This document shows positions 28,835 to 37,851 of a stretch of DNA of 40,596 nucleotides, one piece after another. The stretch lies in sequence record SRR31156797_6183; one strand, given 5' to 3'. A program made the position numbers and the translations under genes. A model generated the notes under the pieces. It ran no database searches, had not been told where the DNA came from, and saw only the letters and a program-made list of their open reading frames with translations. Every line of letters begins with the position of its first letter. Within the stretch, counting starts at the first letter, position 1.

Positions 28835-29542
28835 ATGACAAAGGGACTTAACAGAAATCAACTAAAGTATATAGCCATAGTAGCTATGTTGATTGATCAC
28901 ACAGCTGCACTTTTCGTACCATTTACTACTCCATTGGGTCCAATACTTAGAATAATTGGGCGGCTAACTGCTCCTATAATGTGCTACTTTATTGCAGAAG
29001 GGTATTACTATACCAGGTCAAAGAAAAACTATGGAATACGACTTTTCATCTTTGCTGTTATTTCTCAGTTTGCATATTCATTTGCTCTTCATAATACGCT
29101 GTTCTGTACTGATTTCAGTGTAATATTTACACTTTTTATTGGTTTTATTGTATTGCTTATCTACGATAAAGTCGCAAACAGAATAATCAAGTGGCTGTTA
29201 ATAATTATACTGGTTCTTGTGTCATTTTTAGGTGATTGGGGAGTAGTTGCACCGTTGTGGATTCTTGGCTTTTGGATATACCGAGATGATAAGAAGAAAA
29301 AGTTTATAGCTTTTTCTGCCATTGCAGTACTTGTTATTGCTTGGTTAACGATACTTAATATTCAGAATAACAACCACTGGTATGGTTCCTTATGGCAGTT
29401 AGGTATCTACATGGTAATTCCTTTTCTCTTAAGTTACAATGGTGAAAAAGGTGTATCAAATGGATTTAACAAATGGGTATTCTATATCTTTTATCCGCTG
29501 CATCTATTAATACTTGGGCTGATTAAGATGTTTCTAGCGTAA
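28835..29542 (+). CDS. TraX family membrane protein
   Basis: LKYIAIVAMLIDH, IGRLTAPIMCYFIAEG, YNGEKG, FYIFYPLHL; ATG after GAGGGGG. Confidence 0.85.
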   Translation: MTKGLNRNQLKYIAIVAMLIDHTAALFVPFTTPLGPILRIIGRLTAPIMCYFIAEGYYYTRSKKNYGIRLFIFAVISQFAYSFALHNTLFCTDFSVIFTLFIGFIVLLIYDKVANRIIKWLLIIILVLVSFLGDWGVVAPLWILGFWIYRDDKKKKFIAFSAIAVLVIAWLTILNIQNNNHWYGSLWQLGIYMVIPFLLSYNGEKGVSNGFNKWVFYIFYPLHLLILGLIKMFLA

Positions 29543-29548
29543 AAACTG

Positions 29549-30113
29549 ATGAAGATATATAATGCAATAAAAAGTAAAATAAAATGGATACATATTGGAT
29601 TAACATATATTCTACAAATCTGTATATTCCAATTCATGTACCGCTATACTTTTCCAATTATTAATGGCAGCTCAGAGCAAACAAACCTCTTTTGATATGA
29701 TGAAATCAGGATATGATATTGCTGTAGTTGAAGAAACAATTAAAATCTTTACTAATGAAACTAGAAATACATATTTATTTATACAGATGCCTATTGATTT
29801 TATATATCCAATTATAATGGCAATGGTAATGATATTTGTTTTCGTAAAGACAACGAACAGATATAGGATAGTATACTTTTTACTTCCAGCTGTTTTTGCA
29901 CTATTTGATTGGGTCGAAAATCTATGTATTATTCTTTTTTTGACAGCTGCAAGTATAGCAAAATTTATGGTTGGAATAAGCAGCTTCTGTACTCAGGGGA
30001 AAGCACTTTTGGGAGATTATATTCTGTATTATGGTGTTATAGTCTATATCATAATATATGTTTTACGTAAGCTTATTACTTATTGCAAAAGTAGAGATGT
30101 AAAGAAAACATGA
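29549..30113 (+). pseudogene. Membrane protein, apparently frameshifted near 29663
   Basis: Upstream frame MKIYNAIKSKIKWIHIGLTYILQICIFQFMYRYTFPII (TM) starts just after traX and joins ORF 29664..30113 if one base is removed. Confidence 0.5.
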
Positions 30114-30326
30114 ACCCCCGTGTTTTAATCATTTCGAATATTTTCATGTAATAGTTTACAGTCTTGATGCTTATTTGGTACAATGCATTGTTCATAATTT
30201 TTTTATTACAAAATAGTAGTAGGTATTATAAATAAAGGATAATACTAATTGTTATTTGCACCTACTTGATTTATAATGCTACCTATATAGAAAACAAGAT
30301 AGTATATAAAAGGATGGTAAAATTCA

Positions 30327-30932
30327 ATGGTATTCAGACAAACTCAATTATACACATTTTTACGGTATTGTGAGGAAGAACCGCTGGATAAAAAGATACT
30401 GGACTGTGGTGCAGGCGGAAGCAGACCGCCACTTGCAATATTCAAAGAGCATGGTTATGAGACATACGGTATAGAGATTAGCAAAGATGCAATAGAGAAT
30501 GCAAAGGTGTTTCAGAGAGACAACAATATGGAGCTTAATATTATCGAGGGTGACATGAGGTCTCTGCCATTTGATGATAATACTATTAGCTATGCATATT
30601 CATATAATTCAATATTTCATATGAGAAAAGAGGAAATAGGGCAGGCAATTACTGAAATGAAAAGAGTTGTGAAGAAGAATGGCTTGATATTTCTAAACTT
30701 TGTTACTGTGGATGACGGGGAAGCTTTTGTAGGGGAAAAAGTAGGAGAGGGCGAATACATTCAGCGTGAACATGGCGGGAAAGTACTTCACAGCTATTTT
30801 GAGAGGGATGAAGCAGAGAAATACTTTGATGGTTTCAAAGTTCTCTACAAAGAGGTAAGAATTAGAGACATGCACATAAGTGACGGCAGTTGGACAGCTG
30901 GCTTTGTGGACTATATTTTGCAGAAACAATAA
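30327..30932 (+). CDS. Class I SAM-dependent methyltransferase
   Basis: ILDCGAGG, GDMRSLPFDD, RVVKKNG motifs. Confidence 0.88.
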   Translation: MVFRQTQLYTFLRYCEEEPLDKKILDCGAGGSRPPLAIFKEHGYETYGIEISKDAIENAKVFQRDNNMELNIIEGDMRSLPFDDNTISYAYSYNSIFHMRKEEIGQAITEMKRVVKKNGLIFLNFVTVDDGEAFVGEKVGEGEYIQREHGGKVLHSYFERDEAEKYFDGFKVLYKEVRIRDMHISDGSWTAGFVDYILQKQ

Positions 30933-30999
30933 AGAATAATATTTTTAATAATTGAATTTCATAAAAAGGTCGTTAAGGCTTTTTTATTTTGCATTCAAC

Positions 31000-31026
31000 A
31001 CAATTTCTCATTGTATTTCATATTAT
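31000..31026 (+). promoter_or_regulatory. SigK-like promoter
   Basis: ACA-N16-CATATTAT upstream of the cupin gene; same geometry at 17941-17967. Confidence 0.4.
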
Positions 31027-31056
31027 AAGTATTATAAGTACAAAGGAGTAAGTAAA

Positions 31057-31629
31057 ATGAAAAGGTATAGTAGAAGGGGTCCACGACATCCACGACATCC
31101 ACATCATTCGTGTCCACCTAATCCACCGGAAAATCCATGCCAACCAGAACCCCCATGCCATCCTGAACCACCATGTCCACCACGTCCACCGTACTGTTAT
31201 CCATACAATCCAAACTATCTTCCTCCGTTAAGGGATTATGGTGACAGACCGTTTGTAATAAATATTGAAAAAGCAACAAAGAAAAATGATTATTACCGCC
31301 TTGCTTTGTGGACAGGTGATTATCTCCAGCTTACACTCATGAGTATAATGCCAGGAGATGATATTGGTCTGGAAGTACATCCTGATGTTGACCAATTCAT
31401 ACGAATTGAACAGGGTGAAGGAATTGTCATGATGGGAAACAACAGAAACAATCTGACATATTGCAGAGAGGTTCGAGACGATGATGCAATAATAATTCCT
31501 GCAGGTACGTGGCATAATCTGATTAATACTGGAAAAGAGCCTATGAAGCTGTATTCCATTTATGCTCCTCCTGAGCATCCATTCGGTACAGTTCATAAGA
31601 CTAAAGCAGACGATGAACATCATCACTAA
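31057..31629 (+). CDS. Cupin-domain protein (YrkC-like) with Pro/Cys/His-rich N-terminus
   Basis: GLEVHPDVDQFIRIEQG and IPAGTWHNLIN cupin motifs; ATG 31057 after AAGGAG. Confidence 0.85.
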   Translation: MKRYSRRGPRHPRHPHHSCPPNPPENPCQPEPPCHPEPPCPPRPPYCYPYNPNYLPPLRDYGDRPFVINIEKATKKNDYYRLALWTGDYLQLTLMSIMPGDDIGLEVHPDVDQFIRIEQGEGIVMMGNNRNNLTYCREVRDDDAIIIPAGTWHNLINTGKEPMKLYSIYAPPEHPFGTVHKTKADDEHHH

Positions 31630-31631
31630 AT

Positions 31632-31659
31632 AAAAAGGAGCAGACAATGCTCCTTTTTT
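31632..31659. terminator. Bidirectional terminator
   Basis: AAAAAGGAGCA/TGCTCCTTTTT between convergent genes. Confidence 0.75.
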
Positions 31660-31789
31660 GATACTATTTATTCATATTATACTATTATAAGTAGTCAGAT
31701 AAAATGAGCATGAAATGTAAATTGTTGCATATACCTTGTAAAACTGGTAATTCAAGCATCAATAGTATAGAATTTGATAAAGCTAATCA

Positions 31790-33628
31790 CTATTGTCTGA
31801 TTTGAAACTCTTCCAGTATCTCCATAAACTTATCCCCTGTAATAGTTTCATTCTCCAATAGATATTTTGTACACTCTTTTAGTGCATCGTAGTTATCTTT
31901 AAGTATCTTTATGCCTCTTTGATGCTGCTCTCTGATAATTTTTAGAACTATTTCATCAATTTTTGTGTAGGTTTCATTGGAGACCATTTTAATCGGTGTT
32001 CCGTCTAAGTATCTGCTGCTGGATGTCTCCAATGCCATCATATCAAATTCATCACTCATGCCAAATAAGGTTACCATCTGGCGAACCATCTTAGTGGCAC
32101 GCTCAATGTCATTGGCAGCTCCTGTTGATATCCTGCCTACAGCAACCTCCTCAGCACATCTGCCAGCCAGCATTACGCAGACTTTATCCAGCATTTCTTC
32201 CTTTGATATTAGGTATTTATCCTCCGTAGGTAACTGCATTGTATATCCTAGGGCACCCTTTGTGGTAGGAATAATACTGATTTTATGAACCTCATCTGCA
32301 TATGGCAGTATAGCCGCTGCCATTGCATGTCCTATCTCATGATAGCTTACTGTCAGCTTCTCTTGCTCAGATAGAATCCTGTCCTTTTTGCTTGTACCTG
32401 CTGTGTTTATCTCAACTGCTTGGAATAAGTCCTCCTGCATTACAAACTCATGATTATGACGCACTGCGATAAGAGCTGCTTCATTTGCAATATTAGCAAT
32501 ATCTGCACCTACTACTCCCACAGTTGCCTTGGCAAGAGCATTGAAATCGATATCGTCTGCCAATGCAATCTTTCTGGTATGTACTTTGAATATCGCCTCT
32601 CTTCCCAGCAAATCCGGCTTATCTACTATTATCCGTCTGTCAAACCTTCCAGGACGAAGTAATGCCGCATCAAGCACCTCTGGTCTATTGGTAGCAGCTA
32701 ATATAACAACAGACTTTTTGGCATCAAAACCGTCCATCTCCGATAACAGTTGGTTTAGGGTCTGTTCTCTTTCATCATTGGTGGTAGCTGAATTAGCTCT
32801 GGATTTACCGATGGCATCTATTTCATCAATAAATACTATACATGGAGCTTTCTTCTCTGCCTGCGTGAATAAGTCTCTTACACGACTTGCACCTACACCT
32901 ACAAACATCTGGACAAATTCAGGTCCAGACATGGTGAAAAATGGTACATTTGCCTCTCCTGCTACCGCCTTTGCCAGCAGTGTCTTTCCCGTTCCCGGCG
33001 GTCCTACCAATAGTGCTCCCTTAGGCACAGTAGCCCCAAGACGTTCGTATTTATCAGGATTATGGAGAAAGTCAACGATTTCCTGCAGTTGATCCTTTGC
33101 TTCGTTCTGTCCTGCTACATCATCGAATGTAACTCCTGTATCCTTTTGGGCATAGACTTTTTCCTTATTTTTGCCAAATTCCATAGGTGAGCCCATACGC
33201 TTACCCATAGCTTTAAAAATAAAGTACCATATACCAATCAAAATCAACAGCGGCATAACCCATGAAAAGAAAGTATAGCGAACGCTGGTGGTATCCTCTA
33301 TTCTGCCGGAATAGCTGTCAATGTCCCATGTCTCCAGCCTCTTAGCCAAGCCCTCACTATTCCCTATTGATATAGCATAGAACATTTGATCGTAACGCTT
33401 ATTCTCATCCTGTATTTTTGGAGTAGCATATATCCTGTCACCCTCAATAAGAACTTCCTTTAATTCACCGTTATCACCCATTCTTACTAATTCACTGTAG
33501 CTGATTTCTGTTAACTTTGGACCAAATATAGTATTCAGCAGTGTTACCAGCAGGAAAATAATAGTAATATATATAAGGGTTATATTTCTGCGCCTTTTAT
33601 TATGTTTTGCTTTTTCATCATTGCTCAT
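31790..33628 (-). CDS. ftsH: ATP-dependent zinc metalloprotease FtsH
   Basis: Two TM, GPPGTGKT, FIDEID, ATNRPEVLDAALLRPGRFDR, HEIGH. Confidence 0.95.
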   Translation of the reverse strand: MSNDEKAKHNKRRRNITLIYITIIFLLVTLLNTIFGPKLTEISYSELVRMGDNGELKEVLIEGDRIYATPKIQDENKRYDQMFYAISIGNSEGLAKRLETWDIDSYSGRIEDTTSVRYTFFSWVMPLLILIGIWYFIFKAMGKRMGSPMEFGKNKEKVYAQKDTGVTFDDVAGQNEAKDQLQEIVDFLHNPDKYERLGATVPKGALLVGPPGTGKTLLAKAVAGEANVPFFTMSGPEFVQMFVGVGASRVRDLFTQAEKKAPCIVFIDEIDAIGKSRANSATTNDEREQTLNQLLSEMDGFDAKKSVVILAATNRPEVLDAALLRPGRFDRRIIVDKPDLLGREAIFKVHTRKIALADDIDFNALAKATVGVVGADIANIANEAALIAVRHNHEFVMQEDLFQAVEINTAGTSKKDRILSEQEKLTVSYHEIGHAMAAAILPYADEVHKISIIPTTKGALGYTMQLPTEDKYLISKEEMLDKVCVMLAGRCAEEVAVGRISTGAANDIERATKMVRQMVTLFGMSDEFDMMALETSSSRYLDGTPIKMVSNETYTKIDEIVLKIIREQHQRGIKILKDNYDALKECTKYLLENETITGDKFMEILEEFQIRQ

Positions 33629-33636
33629 TTTTATTT

Positions 33637-34713
33637 TTATCTCGTCTCCAGAATACAGCTGTTTGTATACTGTACATCATCCAAAGTATATGTAATATCT
33701 ATAGATACTCCAGCACCGATGGAATATGTCATCTTGCGAAGCTCAAATACAGAATTTATAGGAGTATCATTAATAGCTGTAATTATTGCTCCTTGACGCA
33801 GTCCAGCGGAAAATGCAGGTGATGTATTATCTATCTCCATTACCATTACGCCGCTTTCTAATTCCCTGCCTAAGTAGCTGGCTATCTCCTTATCCATCGC
33901 CATAATGCCAAGGTATGGTGTTTTGTAGTCGGGATTGTTTATTACATTGTCCACAATGGGCTTAACAATATCAACAGGTATAGCAAAGCCTAAGCCTTCT
34001 GCTTCTGCCACCTTCAGAGTATTTATCCCCACCAGCTGACCCTGCATATTAATTAGAGGTCCGCCTGAGTTACCGGGATTAATAGATGCATCTGTTTGCA
34101 GTAAGTCCTCCATAAATGATATTCCATCCTCAGATGGTATGGTAAGCGTTCTGTTTTTGGCAGAAACTATACCGGCTGTAACCGTATGCTGAAACTTCAT
34201 TGTAAGAGGTGTACCTATAGCGATAACTGTATCGCCTACTTCAATGGTTTCTGATGTTCCCATCTCTATAGAAGGAAAGCTTCCCTCTGCTTTTAATACT
34301 GCCAGATCCAGATTAGCATCTGACCAGATAAGCTGGCATTCTACCTGTGAACCGTCATAGAATACAACCTGTATTGCTCCTACCTGCTCTATTACATGAT
34401 GATTTGTTACAATGTAACCAGTCTCATCTACTACCACGCCGCTTCCTAATGATCCTGTTGCCTCCGTTGTATCCTCGTATATCACAGAAACACCGACAAC
34501 TGACTGCTCCACAAGCTTTACAATCTGCGCAATAGTGTATTCTTCATCATTTGCCAGAGTCAATGGATTATACGGTGATTCTATCTGTTCAGGCTGAATT
34601 ATTCCATCCTGCTGATAATTTTTCTGCCTGATTTCATCATTAGTACAGGCACACAATGCAGCAGTCATAAATAAAAAAACAATTATTAATCTATAATATT
34701 TATATATTTTCAT
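33637..34713 (-). CDS. htrA: HtrA/DegP-like serine protease with PDZ domain, lipoprotein
   Basis: Lipobox LCAC; TNHHV, DLAVLK, GNSGGPL triad; C-terminal PDZ (YLGI). Confidence 0.9.
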   Translation of the reverse strand: MKIYKYYRLIIVFLFMTAALCACTNDEIRQKNYQQDGIIQPEQIESPYNPLTLANDEEYTIAQIVKLVEQSVVGVSVIYEDTTEATGSLGSGVVVDETGYIVTNHHVIEQVGAIQVVFYDGSQVECQLIWSDANLDLAVLKAEGSFPSIEMGTSETIEVGDTVIAIGTPLTMKFQHTVTAGIVSAKNRTLTIPSEDGISFMEDLLQTDASINPGNSGGPLINMQGQLVGINTLKVAEAEGLGFAIPVDIVKPIVDNVINNPDYKTPYLGIMAMDKEIASYLGRELESGVMVMEIDNTSPAFSAGLRQGAIITAINDTPINSVFELRKMTYSIGAGVSIDITYTLDDVQYTNSCILETR

Positions 34714-34722
34714 ACAGTATTC

Positions 34723-35250
34723 CTATCGAACAAATTTCAATTGATAGCTTAGAGTTTCAACTAAGACAGAAGTATTTTGTGTTAATTCAAACAATAACGA
34801 GGTCTCTCCCATCTCTGCAATATAGAATATAAAAACCCGATAACCATTCAGGTGAGTTTCTTCTACAAATTCAAATTTGCCATCATCACTTGCCAACAGC
34901 CATCTGTACTGTTTGCTGGCATCTTCCTCTAATGCAACTGCAAAATAACTGCCTAGTGGTATTTCATAGGTGAGAGTATCCTGCAGCAAAACCTCAGATA
35001 TCTCAATATTTGTCTCGTTTTCAATTTCCGCAGCCGATGGAGCACCCTCAAAATTAGATGAAATCTTAGGTGCTGGAGTGGCCGTAACAGATGGTGTTTC
35101 CTCCATAGCATCAGTAATAGTATCCTTTTCAATTAAATCCTCTGTTTCTGATGTAGGTTTGACTGCTTGGTTTGGGTAATCTATTACTTCATCAGTACAA
35201 CCTGCAAATATGACTGCAAAAACCAACATTATAAACAATAATATTTTCAT
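34723..35250 (-). CDS. Lipoprotein with chagasin/I42-inhibitor-like C-terminal domain
   Basis: Lipobox FAGC, Pro/Thr/Glu linker, GSYFAVALEEDASKQYRW resembling I42 GxxFxIxLxxNPTTGYxW. Confidence 0.55.
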   Translation of the reverse strand: MKILLFIMLVFAVIFAGCTDEVIDYPNQAVKPTSETEDLIEKDTITDAMEETPSVTATPAPKISSNFEGAPSAAEIENETNIEISEVLLQDTLTYEIPLGSYFAVALEEDASKQYRWLLASDDGKFEFVEETHLNGYRVFIFYIAEMGETSLLFELTQNTSVLVETLSYQLKFVR

Positions 35251-35530
35251 TGTTATTTCCTTCTCAATTAATATTATTAGATTTTGCCATTTTACCTATG
35301 TAATACTTGTTAAATTTATTCAATTTTCTTATCAAAATTAATTAATATTTTGTAAATATTAATGAAACGTTAAAATTTTCGTTTATTAGTACGTGTTTAT
35401 ATTTATCTAATAGATGTATTATTTGTAATAAAGATAAAATAAATTTGCTTTTATCAAAAAGATGTATTAATATCTCAATATATAAAAAGATGAAATTAAG
35501 CTACAGATATGAGTTGTCAGAAATTGGTGT

Positions 35531-35591
35531 TGTAACACAATCGTAAAACTTATATAACTCTATTGTAAAATAATTAGATATGTAGTATAAT
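35531..35591 (+). promoter_or_regulatory. SigA promoter with tandem WalR/OmpR-like hexamers
   Basis: TGTAAC/CGTAAA/TATAAC/TGTAAA at 11-bp period (35531, 35542, 35553, 35564); TTGTAA-17-TATAAT (35563-35591). Confidence 0.55.
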
Positions 35592-35597
35592 TGGGAT

Positions 35598-37472
35598 ATG
35601 TTAGTTATGAAAGAGAAAGAGAAAAGTTTAGTAAGCAAAATAGTTTATCCTTTCTTATATTTAGGATATATAATGATACTTTGTTTGGGCATACTTTATT
35701 ATTTAGTATATCTTCTAAGCTGCTTAATAACACATAAGGAGGATAAATACGGTGGAGTAATAGGATTAACCGAACAGGTAAAGGAATTCGTATTCCACAA
35801 TAATCCTGTTGATCCTTCCTATGAGCAAATACAAAAAAAACGTATTATACAAAAGCGCAAGGAGCTAGATGCCCCTGTAAAAGCAGAAAAGTTAGAAAAG
35901 ATACGTGTTAAAAAAGTTAAAGAACCAAAGGTAAAAAAGCCAAGACAAAAATCCTACTTTGTAAGGCGTAATCTATCACTAATGAGTATATTCTTTTTAA
36001 ACAAGCAACTAAGAGAAGAAAGACGTGCAGATATTATGGAAAAATATCCGAAAAAGGTAAAAGCAATGACTGTTACTTCAAGTACAGGGAAAATTGGTTA
36101 TGCTCAAAATCGTATGTCTGCTCTTAATAATAAAGGAACTAACAGTGCAGGATTTGCTCAAAGCTTTAAAAACAAGAAGCTGCTTAGAGCCAGCATAGCT
36201 GTAATAGGAGTAGGATGTATTGTTTTTGTTGGCGTTATAGCATATAGTCAGGGCGTTAATTCATGGATTAAATCTCTACGCCCTCAGCAAAACCAAGTTC
36301 TGTTCCAGAGTGTAACCGAAGCATCAGCTGCAGAACCTGTTGTAAATGAAGAACCATCAGAAGTTGTCATGGACGCTACTGATTCAATAGAAACAGCGGG
36401 CACAGCCCTTTCAAATGATACTGATGTACAAGTGATTGAAACAGATGCTTCAAGCCCTGCAGATTCCACTGCATCAACAGATTCTGGCGAAGACACAGAA
36501 GTTGCTCAAACAAATGATAGCAATGTTTCCATAGTAACAGAAGAAAATGTAATAAAAGAGGGTGACACTAACCCTGAGGTTATCAAAATACAGGAGAGAC
36601 TTATGGAGCTTTGCTATATGGATGAAGCTGAAGCAACCGATACCTACGGAAAGAAGACTTCGTATGCTATTCAGCTCTTTCAGCGTCAGCACGAGCTTTC
36701 AGTTGACGGCGTAACAGGTCCTGTTACTTTAGAAGTATTGTATTCTGATGATGCTGAAACCTATACAATAAGCCACGGCAACAAAGGATCAGATGTTGAG
36801 TATCTGCAGGAAAGGCTAGTAGAACTTGGCTATTTATCCAGCAGTTATGATGCGAACGGCTACTTTGACTCTGATACTTCTCTAGCTGTAAAGACATTCC
36901 AGAGACGAAATGATTTATCTGCTGATGGCATCGTAGGCTACAATACAAATACTAAGCTGTATTCAAGCAGTGCAGTTAAGGCGCAGTCAGGAGATGCAGC
37001 TGACCAACAGAGCTCATCTAGTTCGTCTAGTTCATCCAGCTCATCCAGCTCATCCAGTTCATCATCCAGCTCCTCTGGCTCTGACGGCGGCAGTTATTCC
37101 TCCAGCTTGGGAAACAAGATTGCAGAAACTGCTAAATCGTATCTGAATCAAGGTATACCATATGTTTGGGGCGGAAAAACGACAGATGGATTTGACTGTT
37201 CAGGATTCGTATATTATGTATTAAACAAAGCAGGTGTATCCACTGGGTATCGTACATCCTCGAACTGGGCATCCTGCGGCTATTCAACTATCAGCTCCAG
37301 AGATGATTTAAAGCCAGGTGATGTGTGCGTATTCTCAGGTCACGTAGGAATTTATATTGGCGGTGGAAAAATGGTAGACTCCTCAAATGCTACAATGGGA
37401 ATAAAAACCACAGACATTACTACAAGTTATTATACCAGAAATTGGGTATGCGGAAAACGAGTAGCGAATTAA
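35598..37472 (+). CDS. NlpC/P60 (C40) peptidoglycan endopeptidase with PG-binding domains
   Basis: Two TM segments, two PG_binding_1 repeats (FQRQHELSVDGVTG, FQRRNDLSADGIVG), PYVWGG, FDCSG, HVGIY. Confidence 0.9.
   Translation: MLVMKEKEKSLVSKIVYPFLYLGYIMILCLGILYYLVYLLSCLITHKEDKYGGVIGLTEQVKEFVFHNNPVDPSYEQIQKKRIIQKRKELDAPVKAEKLEKIRVKKVKEPKVKKPRQKSYFVRRNLSLMSIFFLNKQLREERRADIMEKYPKKVKAMTVTSSTGKIGYAQNRMSALNNKGTNSAGFAQSFKNKKLLRASIAVIGVGCIVFVGVIAYSQGVNSWIKSLRPQQNQVLFQSVTEASAAEPVVNEEPSEVVMDATDSIETAGTALSNDTDVQVIETDASSPADSTASTDSGEDTEVAQTNDSNVSIVTEENVIKEGDTNPEVIKIQERLMELCYMDEAEATDTYGKKTSYAIQLFQRQHELSVDGVTGPVTLEVLYSDDAETYTISHGNKGSDVEYLQERLVELGYLSSSYDANGYFDSDTSLAVKTFQRRNDLSADGIVGYNTNTKLYSSSAVKAQSGDAADQQSSSSSSSSSSSSSSSSSSSSSSGSDGGSYSSSLGNKIAETAKSYLNQGIPYVWGGKTTDGFDCSGFVYYVLNKAGVSTGYRTSSNWASCGYSTISSRDDLKPGDVCVFSGHVGIYIGGGKMVDSSNATMGIKTTDITTSYYTRNWVCGKRVAN
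37011..37076 (+). repeat. Poly-serine-encoding low-complexity repeat
   Basis: AGY-TCN-TCY 9-nt units encoding the serine linker. Confidence 0.8.
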
Positions 37473-37495
37473 TCATTCGCTGTTAACCAGTATTT

Positions 37496-37535
37496 AAACC
37501 ACCTAGATATGAAGTGCTTCATTTTAGGTGGTTTT
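37496..37535 (+). terminator. Rho-independent terminator
   Basis: AAACCACCTA/TAGGTGGTTT stem plus T-run. Confidence 0.75.
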
Positions 37536-37556
37536 ATAAATTAATAGATTAATTAA

Positions 37557-37809
37557 CGTTAATAATGTGGATAACTTTCGTATAATTTCGAATATTTATA
37601 CACATTATTAACAACTTCTGTGGATAACATAGAATAACACTGATCAACAAATAAAAAGCCATAATTTTGTCTATTGCTGTCACAATTTGTGCATACGTGT
37701 GTGTATAATACCTAGAGCCTAATATTAGCTTTTTTATTTGCCCTAGTATATGTTATACTTATATTGAAAATTATGAAATACAGCAAGTATTAATAATGGC
37801 TTATTAACA
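37557..37809. promoter_or_regulatory. DnaA-box cluster
   Basis: TGTGGATAA at 37566 and 37619; TTATACACA 37596; TGTGTATAA 37700; near-matches at 37557, 37605, 37641, 37688, 37801. Confidence 0.75.
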
Positions 37810-37851
37810 TATAATATCATTATTAGATAACGAAAGGACTAAAAAAGTATT

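Noticed and set aside
28835-29542. Conjugative element implied by traX
   Set aside because: No other tra/T4SS or relaxase genes; stand-alone TraX-family genes are common in Firmicutes
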